Shown here piece by piece: positions 30,345 to 39,526 of a stretch of 43,850 nucleotides of DNA. Below the pieces are notes generated by a model. The model worked only from the letters and a program-made list of their open reading frames with translations, had not been told where the DNA came from and did not search any database. The translations under genes were made by a program, and so were the position numbers. Each line of letters begins with the position of its first letter. The first letter of the stretch is position 1. The DNA comes from Nitrospiraceae bacterium (GTDB taxonomy: Bacteria > Nitrospirota > Nitrospiria > Nitrospirales > UBA2166): the NCBI GenBank assembly GCA_002726235.1, contig PBSN01000006.1, positions 1 to 43,850 on the forward strand. Direction: 5' to 3'.

Positions 30345-30869
30345 TTACTTCACATCAATTGCCATGACGAGAAAATCAACGCCGAGAGTTCGACCATGAT
30401 GAGGCTCGGTATAGGTTCCGTCATAGTAATACCACTGGTGGGGAGTCATCTCCCCGAGTTCGGAGGGAAGTGGCGGTAATTTCTTGGCATTAAGCCCACT
30501 CGCAACAAATGTCTCGGGGTTGAGAAAATACAGCACATCTTCGGTTGTATTCTCTGGTGTGTGCGAAAAATGAACCATATTACGCTGTGATACCCCGTCT
30601 AACATACAAAACTGTTTAGTTTTGTGTGAGAGATCAATAGCCATCAGCCCAGACCCTGGCAACAGTAAATTCGCAATGGCGTTGACCTCTGCACGAGCCG
30701 ATCCGGTCACGACATCAATAGGCTCAGGCTGCTCCTCAGCGGCTTTCGATCCTTCTTCGCCTCCCTTAAGAAAGTCGAAAACACCAGCGGCAAGAGCCGT
30801 CTCCAGTGGCAACACCAACACCATGAATATACTCATCATGGCGAACATAAGTTTTGCTTCCTTCATCAC
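30345..30869 (-). CDS. Exported hypothetical protein with His/Cys motifs
   Basis: Signal peptide (ALA), AGGAGG Shine-Dalgarno, motifs FCM, MVHFS, QWYY, EPHHG. Confidence 0.75.
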   Translation of the reverse strand: MMKEAKLMFAMMSIFMVLVLPLETALAAGVFDFLKGGEEGSKAAEEQPEPIDVVTGSARAEVNAIANLLLPGSGLMAIDLSHKTKQFCMLDGVSQRNMVHFSHTPENTTEDVLYFLNPETFVASGLNAKKLPPLPSELGEMTPHQWYYYDGTYTEPHHGRTLGVDFLVMAIDVK

Positions 30870-30983
30870 GAAAACCTCCTTCCTGACATCTCAGGTTGAC
30901 CATTCTGTACAGCTCGCAATACAGACTGAGCAACATTCCACCACGTTCTCAGGATTTGAGTCAATGCAATTAAGTGTGCATGA

Positions 30984-31613
30984 TCACAACTTAATGGATG
31001 AAACGAGTTGATTGAGCCACTTGATTGGGAAAAACATCGACACAGTTTCCTGGTACCGCCGGTAAGGAACCCCAAACATCACAACCAGTTTTCGTTCTTC
31101 GAAATACGTCCCTATAAACAGATACACGGTCAGGACAGCATTAGTGACAAGCGTCACGACAGACACGTCTCGGGCCCACAGAAAAAGCAGCAACGCAAGG
31201 TACCACGGATGCCGTACTACGCGATGAATGCCGGAGATAGTCAAGACTGGTGAGGACGTATCACAAGATCCAGCACGATAAGCTGCAATTTGCCGAATAC
31301 CTAAAAACTCACGCCCATCATATCCACGCATACCCAGTGCGAAAAATAGGATACCGAGAGCCCAACACAGATATTGAATCAGAGTGTACGGCCATACCCA
31401 TTGTAATATCGGGGAAACATGTATGGAAACGGAAAACCAGAGAATTGGGATCAACCCAACGATGCTCACCACATTGTAGGTGAGGCGATAATACGCCGCC
31501 GCAACACCCCAGCATTGCTTGATCCAGTTCGCAACGGAGGGCGCAGCCAAGACACTGTGCACAGTACCATACCCAGCCCAGCACAACCCGAGCGTAACAA
31601 GATCTGACCACAT
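30984..31613 (-). CDS. ICMT/NnrU/MddA-like membrane methyltransferase-family protein
   Basis: Multiple TM segments, VHSVLA, GIHRVVRHPWY, FEERKL...FG..Y..Y...V.MFFP. Confidence 0.82.
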   Translation of the reverse strand: MWSDLVTLGLCWAGYGTVHSVLAAPSVANWIKQCWGVAAAYYRLTYNVVSIVGLIPILWFSVSIHVSPILQWVWPYTLIQYLCWALGILFFALGMRGYDGREFLGIRQIAAYRAGSCDTSSPVLTISGIHRVVRHPWYLALLLFLWARDVSVVTLVTNAVLTVYLFIGTYFEERKLVVMFGVPYRRYQETVSMFFPIKWLNQLVSSIKL

Positions 31614-31864
31614 CAGCCACGGTGAGAGACGTTAGGACCCCTCACACGTGTCATAACCCGCATGGCAGGAGAGGAGGGACGCCGTGGCGAGGTCATGCTC
31701 TCGCTTGGCGGCATGTTGGGACAGAAATATCCACAGTTGACACAACGCATCCCATCCACTTGATGAACGTCATTATCAATACTTCTATTTTCATCACCTA
31801 CCATGAGCCCACGGCAACGAACACAACGCAACATACACCTCCCCGTTTGCCTCATAGAAAACAC
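31613..31864 (-). CDS. Small zinc-ribbon protein
   Basis: CVRCRGLMV...RCVNCG (two CxxC pairs); its stop overlaps the next start (TGATG); the start could be 31834. Confidence 0.65.
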   Translation of the reverse strand: MFSMRQTGRCMLRCVRCRGLMVGDENRSIDNDVHQVDGMRCVNCGYFCPNMPPSESMTSPRRPSSPAMRVMTRVRGPNVSHRG

Positions 31865-32354
31865 CTGCCCTACTCACTATGAGCCACTTTTCCGGAAAAG
31901 GATTCAGGAGACTTTCCCTCTGAGAGCATGTTTTGTATAAAATTGCAGGGCAGCACGTACCAGGAAAGTCACGAAAACGATACGCCAGAGGCAAAACTAC
32001 GGAATGGAGGAGAATCCTCCCACCCTAGCAGAACGCTGAAAACTGAAGATTAATCCACATTGCCCTGTTATACAGGACACCTGACCAACGACACACAAGC
32101 TACAAGAGGTTCAAAACGGTCCGTCAAGGAAAGAGTCAATCTATTTTTCGTGAAAGAACACGGGTTGCCTTTAGAACAAAAGAAGAAGATTTTCCTTGCT
32201 TGACGGTGAGCTGGATTAAAGCATCAAACCTGCTCATTATGAATGAGAAACAAGGCTGCCTTTACTGGACATGCTACTGAAAACAGCAACATGTTCCCAT
32301 CCCGTTACAAAGCGTTATCTAGTCGTGGGCTGATCCTAGGTCAGAAAAAACCTA

Positions 32355-34106
32355 TTAGACAATTGCAGCTTTTTGTTTGGTGATGTGCGGATGGACACAG
32401 GAGTCAGCATGTACCTGCATGAGATCAAGGCTTCCCTCTTCCTGATCGGCAACAGGCGTCAGAGCGGTGTCAATATATTCTAGCCGAGTTGAAGCATTTT
32501 CCACACGACACCGAATACGGTAGACGGTCCAGACGAGGAAAGCCCAGCGCACGCACGTGGAAGTGACCTGCCACACTCGCCGGGGATAGAAAATGAAGGG
32601 GGACTCGAACAACATACCACAACGCCGTTGTTTTCGAACCTTTCGTCTCAAGACGCCCCATTCAAGCGGATGAACCTTGTCAATAGTGGTGCTTCCAGAA
32701 AACCACAGTAAATGGTACATCAGTTTGTTCATATTTAACCGCTTCGCTGCAGCACGGCGAAGAACTGTTTCGATATGCTCCAGCGTATAGTATTGGCGCC
32801 ACGAGGTTTTGTACACTTGGCTCCATTCACCCTCTGACATACAGGAATGAGCAGTGGTGACGTGCTCTAAGTCATATTTGTTCATATCAGAATCCATCCA
32901 GACACCCTGAGCGGTAAGAGTTTGATGATCTTCAGACCCTGGCAATGGCGTCAGGTAGAAAAACTCCAACATGTCGATAGGAAGTTCCCGTTTAATGATT
33001 TCAATATCTTGGGCAATGGATCCCGGAGTGTCTTGTGGAAACCCAAGAATGTAGCCTGCTATCGTGGTGCATCCATGATCTTTCCATGCCTGTAGCATCT
33101 TTCGATATCCCCAGATTTTGTTCTGCCGCTTTTTTGCCGCAATGAGGGCATCAGGGTTAATGCTCTCCAATCCGATAAACACATTCCGGCAACCAGCTCG
33201 AGCGGCTTTCTCAATAAATCGAGGGATTTTATGACACTGCGTATCAACCTGTATGGTAAAGGAGATAGGGAGCCGTTCGTCCTCCCGAAGTACGATCAAA
33301 CGATCAAGAATGGCCTCCCAATTCTTGTTCCTAGCAAAATCGTCGTCCGTGATGAAAAACCGTCTCACCCCCTGCCTAAGGTTGGATCGGATTACTGCCT
33401 CAATATCATCGGGCGAACGCCACCGAGACTTACGACCCTGGACATTGATGATGGTGCAAAAGCTGCATTGGAAAGGGCAACCTCGCCCAGCATCGAAGCT
33501 AGACATTCGACCAAACGTCCTGTCAATGATCGTGCGATCTAAAAATGGCGTGGGGGTGCCCTGTAGACCTGGCAAGTCGTCCATAAAGTTATAGACCTTC
33601 TTCAGTCGACCGTGATAGGCATCGCGTACAATAAGGTCAAGGCGGCCTTCCGCCTCTCCGGCAAAAATGGCAATCCCTTTGTTCAACGCTGCCTGAATAT
33701 CAACCGGAATATCAGGCAACATGCGAAGACATCCACTAACATGAAATCCCCCAATGACCACAGAAATGTCGGCCTGAAGAAAACTCGTTGCCAGATCGAC
33801 AGCTCGTGGAAACTGGTTGGACTGTACTCCCACGAGCGCTACCATCCCGGCAGCGGCCTTCTGAACGGTACGAATGATGCTCTTGATCGGCAGAACCGTA
33901 TTGGTTTCATCGTAGCAGTCAACGACAATGCCAACATCTTTTCCCAAAACCTGACGTCGAGCACAATCCATCGCCAGACTGTTGAGTGTGGCCAAGGTAT
34001 TAGATGGAATCGCCGAGCGCACCCACTGAATAACATAGCCATCGTCGTCATAATGCGATGGCCTAATTAACACAAGGCGAAATGTGGTTGCGCCTTCCAT
34101 GAACAA
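32355..34106 (-). CDS. B12-binding-domain radical SAM protein
   Basis: CPFQCSFC motif, N-terminal VVIGGFH...GEAE cobalamin-binding-like domain, IGLES, TPLPGS. Confidence 0.9.
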   Translation of the reverse strand: MFMEGATTFRLVLIRPSHYDDDGYVIQWVRSAIPSNTLATLNSLAMDCARRQVLGKDVGIVVDCYDETNTVLPIKSIIRTVQKAAAGMVALVGVQSNQFPRAVDLATSFLQADISVVIGGFHVSGCLRMLPDIPVDIQAALNKGIAIFAGEAEGRLDLIVRDAYHGRLKKVYNFMDDLPGLQGTPTPFLDRTIIDRTFGRMSSFDAGRGCPFQCSFCTIINVQGRKSRWRSPDDIEAVIRSNLRQGVRRFFITDDDFARNKNWEAILDRLIVLREDERLPISFTIQVDTQCHKIPRFIEKAARAGCRNVFIGLESINPDALIAAKKRQNKIWGYRKMLQAWKDHGCTTIAGYILGFPQDTPGSIAQDIEIIKRELPIDMLEFFYLTPLPGSEDHQTLTAQGVWMDSDMNKYDLEHVTTAHSCMSEGEWSQVYKTSWRQYYTLEHIETVLRRAAAKRLNMNKLMYHLLWFSGSTTIDKVHPLEWGVLRRKVRKQRRCGMLFESPFIFYPRRVWQVTSTCVRWAFLVWTVYRIRCRVENASTRLEYIDTALTPVADQEEGSLDLMQVHADSCVHPHITKQKAAIV

Positions 34107-34162
34107 ACTCCCTAAACGTCTCCCACCAGGTATCTGACTGTTATTGTGTGATACGCACCATA

Positions 34163-34774
34163 TTAGGTTAGAAGCGCGTTCATGAGACGACGAAAATTTG
34201 CGTCTCCTAGGATGCCTCCACCAATATGCATAAGCAGAACATCCCCGTTGCCGTCTAACAAGAAAAAGGTCGGAGTCGCACGAACACGAAACTTAGAGGA
34301 TACTTTGTTATCGGCATCAAATGCGGTGTGGAAACTAAAGGTAGATTGATGCTTTTCAACATACTCCACCACAGCATTCTTGTCGTCAGCAAATGCCACG
34401 GCCACGATTTGTAGACCCATGGGTTTCGCTTGAATATCAAGCTTGTGAATCCATGGAAGTTCATCTCGGCAAATTCCACACCATGTGGCCCAAAACATCA
34501 GTAAAGTAGGACTGCCCTTCAACCCTTGTTTTGTTAGACGTTCTCCGGTCAAAGTAGTAAATTGAAACTCTGGACTCGGAGCAGTCATTTCCCCATCGAG
34601 CACAGCGGGCTGTTTCGCAAACACTCCATTCGAAAATATGGGTAGAATCAGTAACACGGTCAGAACTCCAACCCAGAGGGCCAAACACCTACACCCATTT
34701 GCCCCAACATGTGAAGAACTCGTATCACAATTCATGGACATACCTCCTGAGTAATCGCGTAATTTATAATTCAT
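34163..34774 (-). CDS. TlpA/ResA-family thiol-disulfide oxidoreductase
   Basis: FWATWCGIC, cis-Pro VRATPT, N-terminal hydrophobic anchor or signal. Confidence 0.9.
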   Translation of the reverse strand: MNYKLRDYSGGMSMNCDTSSSHVGANGCRCLALWVGVLTVLLILPIFSNGVFAKQPAVLDGEMTAPSPEFQFTTLTGERLTKQGLKGSPTLLMFWATWCGICRDELPWIHKLDIQAKPMGLQIVAVAFADDKNAVVEYVEKHQSTFSFHTAFDADNKVSSKFRVRATPTFFLLDGNGDVLLMHIGGGILGDANFRRLMNALLT

Positions 34775-35387
34775 TTATAGGGTGTGGATGCATAAAATCA
34801 GTCACGAATACCGCAACGCCATCAACCAATGGATTAATCTCATACTGCCCGATGGAAGAAGCTTGGGCAATGGCACCAATTCGTTTCAGCTCCCCCCTGG
34901 TCGTTGCATGAGTAAATTCGCAACGTCCCCGCATATCCACGATCCCAAGTCGAATCTCAATAACTCCTCCTGCAGGTTGTTCATCCCAAGACAAAATTGA
35001 GACATCAAGCGTTAAAACTCCATCCCGCTCACGAGTCTCTGCCTTCGAAACAACACGTGCAAACAATTGGGTGTCACGTATTTTATTGATAAACGCCTGT
35101 TGAAGCTGCTCAAGGAACTCTTCGGACGGCGGAGTTTGCGCTTCAAGTTTCAATGGCGGAACTTCAAGCGTGTTAAATAACATCGCATAGCGTGATGGCC
35201 TAACTTCTGAATTCGGCAATACAGCCGGTTCGCTCGAAGCGCTAGTCAAAGAAGGCTGAGGCATACTATGGGGCTGAGCCGTTTTCTGCATAATGCCACA
35301 TGCTGGTAGCATACAAATGGCTATAATTCCGAACAGGCATCGCATCACAAACAACATGTGTCCACTGTATAGCGCCCTATTCATCAC
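34764..35387 (-). CDS. Lipoprotein, DUF4410-like paralog 3
   Basis: LPAC lipobox; TLEVPP...LFARVV...DGVL...ILSWD...RCEF pattern shared with the two upstream genes. Confidence 0.72.
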   Translation of the reverse strand: MMNRALYSGHMLFVMRCLFGIIAICMLPACGIMQKTAQPHSMPQPSLTSASSEPAVLPNSEVRPSRYAMLFNTLEVPPLKLEAQTPPSEEFLEQLQQAFINKIRDTQLFARVVSKAETRERDGVLTLDVSILSWDEQPAGGVIEIRLGIVDMRGRCEFTHATTRGELKRIGAIAQASSIGQYEINPLVDGVAVFVTDFMHPHPINEL

Positions 35388-35913
35388 CGGTCACCGATGA
35401 GAGAAAGGCCAACGTCCCTTTGACCAACACGTGATCCGACTGAACAGATCCGGTTTCAAGCACTTCAGGACCAACCACACCTTTCACAGTTGCCCGGTTA
35501 AACGGACACGTCACGATCTTTTGAAAGATGGCCAAGTGGATCGTGAGGATTCCACCACCTGACGCTCCTATGGCTCCAGATTTGTCCCACGACAACACCG
35601 TCCCCTGAATAACCAAGACTCCATCGAGTACATCAGTCGCCGGAACCACGTCTGCAAACAGTTTTTTCCTTCTAAACTCCTCAATGACCGTCGCTTGGAG
35701 CGATGAGAGAATTGTCGTTGGTGCCTCAACTGCATTGATGAACGATGGGATTTCGAGGGTAACAAGAGGGTATTTTGGACCTGCCGCTGTTTGAGCCATT
35801 CCTGCACTCTGCGCAGAGGCTGTTGCAGGATATATCGCAAGCCCAACGGCACACGATGCAAACAGAATCATACCAATGGCGAGACATTTGAGCGTCCCAA
35901 CTATCGCTCGCAT
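35377..35913 (-). CDS. Exported protein, DUF4410-like paralog 2
   Basis: Signal peptide; TLEIPS...LFADVV...DGVL...VLSWD...TCPF; GAGG Shine-Dalgarno. Confidence 0.72.
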   Translation of the reverse strand: MRAIVGTLKCLAIGMILFASCAVGLAIYPATASAQSAGMAQTAAGPKYPLVTLEIPSFINAVEAPTTILSSLQATVIEEFRRKKLFADVVPATDVLDGVLVIQGTVLSWDKSGAIGASGGGILTIHLAIFQKIVTCPFNRATVKGVVGPEVLETGSVQSDHVLVKGTLAFLSSVTGDE

Positions 35914-35994
35914 ATTAACACCTCATCATAATATGTGTACACGGCGATCATCCAGCTCACTCAAGACTGATAACGTCAAACAAGCAACCCCAAC

Positions 35995-36531
35995 TCAATT
36001 GGACTGATTGTGAATCAGAACATTTTCGACAAACCACCCTGCCCCATCAGCGATGTCAGCAACACCGTGTTCAATCCTGTTTCCCGATGAATCCACGACC
36101 ACCTGCCCAGCTCCAGTAGTCTCATTGATTTCGCACCCGAGAAATTTGTCGACCAAAGACAATTTCATCTTCATATGACGCGTATTGTCTAAGGCAGCAG
36201 AAGCATCTTCCCACACTAACATCGAAATATTGAACACAACGACATTCTCGATCATGTCACGTTCGGAAACAACCTGCCAAACCTCTCGTTTCTTGATTTG
36301 TTTTTGAATCGCATCGTATAACGCCTCCAGATATGGCTGTGGCGCATTTCCAGTATTCCTGATAGGAGGCATTTCTAGCACCTTGTATGAAGGTCGTCGA
36401 TCTTCAATGCAATGAAGAATGTCACCAGGCGCATGCAGAGCAATTGTTGCCTCCCTCTTGGCCTGCGGCCCTACACAGGACACAAGTGCCAGTCCGAACA
36501 GAATAGCAATCGATAGTAAGATATGTCTCAC
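35995..36531 (-). CDS. Lipoprotein, DUF4410-like paralog 1
   Basis: LVSC lipobox; VLEMPP...VWQVV...ENVV...MLVWE...GCEI; AAGGA Shine-Dalgarno before GTG. Confidence 0.7.
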   Translation of the reverse strand: MRHILLSIAILFGLALVSCVGPQAKREATIALHAPGDILHCIEDRRPSYKVLEMPPIRNTGNAPQPYLEALYDAIQKQIKKREVWQVVSERDMIENVVVFNISMLVWEDASAALDNTRHMKMKLSLVDKFLGCEINETTGAGQVVVDSSGNRIEHGVADIADGAGWFVENVLIHNQSN

Positions 36532-36610
36532 AGTATCCTTGTTCCCTTCATGTAATCAATTCAACCACAGTTATGTGGTATGAGCCAAGTATGCGTAAAA
36601 GGATTCTGTG

Positions 36611-36739
36611 CTCCTCAGGTTGCTCCTCGTTTGTCTCATAACAACGTCGCTATGGCGATCAATCCTCACGTATCCACATACGCTCCGATCTACGCTCCTC
36701 GCGCCTCGTCCTGAGCCTCCATTGAAGCAACCTGAGGAG
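36611..36739. repeat. Inverted-repeat-bounded element (family B copy 2; MITE-like or structured RNA)
   Basis: Perfect 14-bp inverted repeats ctcctcaggttgct (36611-36624) and agcaacctgaggag (36726-36739); the interior is homologous to 30207-30286. Confidence 0.75.
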
Positions 36740-36845
36740 TGACGGATTTAGGACAAAACCTTCCCGAGCGCTCATCACCACCGCTGATCAGCAACAACCT
36801 CATTCCAATCACCTCCATGAACACTGACACGCCCCCCCAAGCACG

Positions 36846-36875
36846 TTGACAGCTTCTAGCGATTGGAGATAGGAT
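36846..36875 (+). promoter_or_regulatory. Putative sigma70 promoter upstream of the small lipoprotein-accD-folC-lptD cluster
   Basis: TTGACA-N18-TAGGAT. Confidence 0.45.
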
Positions 36876-36977
36876 TCAACTTTTCCCATTGCACAGCTGA
36901 GATACGCCGATGTCACAGTTTAACTCACTCTAGAAATTCCAGGAAAAAGCCTCACTATTAGAAGGAGTTTTTGAGCA

Positions 36978-37169
36978 ATGAATGCAATCCGAACAGCCTA
37001 CGCCATTACCCTGATTTCTATCGTTGGCCTCATCGGCACATTCTTCGTGAACTGCAGCACTCCACAAACATCGAATCCTGGGGAAATCCGCAAACACACC
37101 AATGAGAGCTTTGATCGACTCAGCGCTGAAGAGCAGGCGAAGAAACATCGATCAGAATACGGTCAATAA
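36978..37169 (+). CDS. Small putative lipoprotein
   Basis: AAGGAG Shine-Dalgarno, hydrophobic signal ending FVNC, short helical mature part; 12 nt before accD. Confidence 0.65.
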   Translation: MNAIRTAYAITLISIVGLIGTFFVNCSTPQTSNPGEIRKHTNESFDRLSAEEQAKKHRSEYGQ

Positions 37170-37181
37170 TACTCGTATCGT

Positions 37182-38096
37182 ATGGCCTGGTTCAAAAAAC
37201 GAAGGAGCGTAGATGACGCTGACACCGGACCGAAGATTGCAGAAGGATTGTGGCTTAAATGCACTGTCTGTAGGGAAACGCTCTTTCGAAAAGACTTCGA
37301 ACGTCATGGTAAGATCTGTCCGAAATGTGACTATCATTTCCCAATCTCTGTGGATGAACGCATTAGTCTTCTGCTCGATGACGAAAGTTTCACTGAGTGG
37401 AGCAAGGAGTTGCAACCCACAGACATTTTGGGATTTAAAGACACCCATCCATATACCGACCGCCTGAAGCGCTCCCAGCAAAAAACTAGCCGCTCCGATG
37501 CAATTGTCGTTGGGGAGGGTTCTATCAACGAATACCGAGTCAATCTGAGCATCTTCGATTTCTCCTTCATGGGAGGGAGCATGGGAACCGTTGTGGGCGA
37601 GAAAATTCTGATTACCGCTGAGGCCTCGTGTGCAACACGAACGCCGTTAATCATCATCTCAACCTCCGGTGGTGCGAGGATGCAAGAGGGCATATTCTCC
37701 CTCATGCAAATGGCAAAAACGGCAGCGGCAATTGGGCGACTCAATGACATGGGGGTCCCCTTCATCTCTGTTCTCACTGACCCAACGTTTGGCGGCGTGA
37801 CAGCCAGCTTCGCCATGCTCGGTGATATCATCATCGCGGAACCCAAAGCCCTTATTGGATTTGCCGGCCCCCGCGTAATTGAGCAAACCATCAAACAGCG
37901 GCTTCCCAAAGGGTTCCAACGCGCTGAATTTCTTCTGGAGCGCGGCATGATCGACATGATCGTTCCACGCCGAAACATGAAGGCAACACTGACCACCCTC
38001 CTAGGGTTTTTTCAAACCGATAGAACACCATCACAGGTGGGCGAAGATGCCTTGAACAGTATATTGAAAACGATCCCCAAACGATCCAAAGACTGA
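37182..38096 (+). CDS. accD: Acetyl-CoA carboxylase carboxyltransferase beta subunit
   Basis: LWLKC..C...CPKC zinc finger, FMGGSMG, SGGARMQEG, IGFAGPRVIEQTI. Confidence 0.98.
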   Translation: MAWFKKRRSVDDADTGPKIAEGLWLKCTVCRETLFRKDFERHGKICPKCDYHFPISVDERISLLLDDESFTEWSKELQPTDILGFKDTHPYTDRLKRSQQKTSRSDAIVVGEGSINEYRVNLSIFDFSFMGGSMGTVVGEKILITAEASCATRTPLIIISTSGGARMQEGIFSLMQMAKTAAAIGRLNDMGVPFISVLTDPTFGGVTASFAMLGDIIIAEPKALIGFAGPRVIEQTIKQRLPKGFQRAEFLLERGMIDMIVPRRNMKATLTTLLGFFQTDRTPSQVGEDALNSILKTIPKRSKD

Positions 38097-38233
38097 CAGC
38101 GCGAGAGTTCATGATACCGCACGACCACTTCTGAACAAGACTGGAATCTGAGAAGGAGCGAAGGACGCACATTTCGAAGGCATGTGTGCGATGAGCAACG
38201 CAGTCAAACCAAAAGAGCATCACGACCGCTAAC

Positions 38234-39526
38234 GTGTCCTACCAATCAGCGCTCCACGCTCTGTACCAGCTCCAACGTTTTGGCATTAAACTTGGCCTAG
38301 ACACAACGAAGGCTCTCCTGTCATCCGTTGACAACCCACACCAACACTTCAAAACCGTTCACATCGCAGGCACTAATGGCAAGGGGTCAACAGCAGCCAC
38401 TCTTGCATCCATCCTTCTTGCGACGGGACACCAAACGGGCCTGTATACTTCACCGCACCTCATAGACTTCAGCGAACGCATTCAAACCGACGGGCACCCT
38501 ATCCCTCATAGGAGGCTCGAAGCGCTGATCGAGCAGGTCACCGCATCGTGTCCCACCACAATCACACCAACGTTCTTTGAATTCGCAACGGCAATCGCAT
38601 TCCTCTATTTTTCCGAGGCCAACATAGACATTGGCATCGTTGAGGTGGGGATGGGCGGACGGTTCGATGCCACCAATGTCCTCAAGCCGCTTGTCACCAT
38701 CATTACCAACGTAGGACTAGATCATCAAAAACATCTCGGCAACACCATCGAAGCCGTTGCAAAGGAGAAATGCGGCATCATACAACCAAATACTCCAACA
38801 GTGGTTGGCAATGTGTCGCCAAAAGCACTCACCGTTATCCAAGAGGTCTGCTCCACACAACGGTCTCCCTTAGTTACATTCGGAGTAGATTTCCAAGCCG
38901 TTGAGTCTTCGCCAAATCATTTTGACTTTCACGGTCTCAGAAGTTCATATTCCGCCTTACGATATTCACTGATGGGGCATCACCAAGTTGAGAATGCTGC
39001 CTGTGCACTCGCTGCTGTAGAATGGCTGCGCGACACAGGCATGCCGATCTCAGAAGATGGTCTCCGGCAGGGCCTCGTTTCCGTCCAGTGGCCCGGGCGT
39101 TTAGAATGTGTTGCGAACAATCCAACTGTGTTGCTCGATGGTGCACACAACCCAACTGCCGCTGAAGCACTCGCTAAATTTCTGGCTGATCACCAGCGAG
39201 GACATTCTGGAAATATCATCCTCGTCATTGGCATGCAAAAAGATAAGGATATGAAATCGTTCTTCACCCCCCTCATCCCATTGGCGAATACCATTGTCTT
39301 AACCCGTTCCGCTCACACGCAATCTGCCTCGGCTGAAGAACTCGCCGAACAACTCTCGGACAAGCCCCTGCACCTTGTATATACTGCCTCTGCAGCAGAA
39401 GCCATGATGAAAGCCCATAACACCGCAACTCACGAAGATACCATCTGCGTAACCGGCTCTCTCCTGCTAGTCGGAGAGGTCAAGGCCCATCTCAAAGGTT
39501 CCTTTTTTTCACCTCTCCGTGGTTAA
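38234..39526 (+). CDS. folC: Folylpolyglutamate/dihydrofolate synthase
   Basis: HIAGTNGKGST, YTSPHL, EVGMGGRFDATN, WPGRLE, LDGAHNP. Confidence 0.97.
   Translation: MSYQSALHALYQLQRFGIKLGLDTTKALLSSVDNPHQHFKTVHIAGTNGKGSTAATLASILLATGHQTGLYTSPHLIDFSERIQTDGHPIPHRRLEALIEQVTASCPTTITPTFFEFATAIAFLYFSEANIDIGIVEVGMGGRFDATNVLKPLVTIITNVGLDHQKHLGNTIEAVAKEKCGIIQPNTPTVVGNVSPKALTVIQEVCSTQRSPLVTFGVDFQAVESSPNHFDFHGLRSSYSALRYSLMGHHQVENAACALAAVEWLRDTGMPISEDGLRQGLVSVQWPGRLECVANNPTVLLDGAHNPTAAEALAKFLADHQRGHSGNIILVIGMQKDKDMKSFFTPLIPLANTIVLTRSAHTQSASAEELAEQLSDKPLHLVYTASAAEAMMKAHNTATHEDTICVTGSLLLVGEVKAHLKGSFFSPLRG

Noticed and set aside
37334..37996. Long antisense ORFs (also 19148-19753, 20358-21020, 12443-13120 and others)
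   Set aside because: Shadows of well-supported genes on the opposite strand, with no independent motifs.
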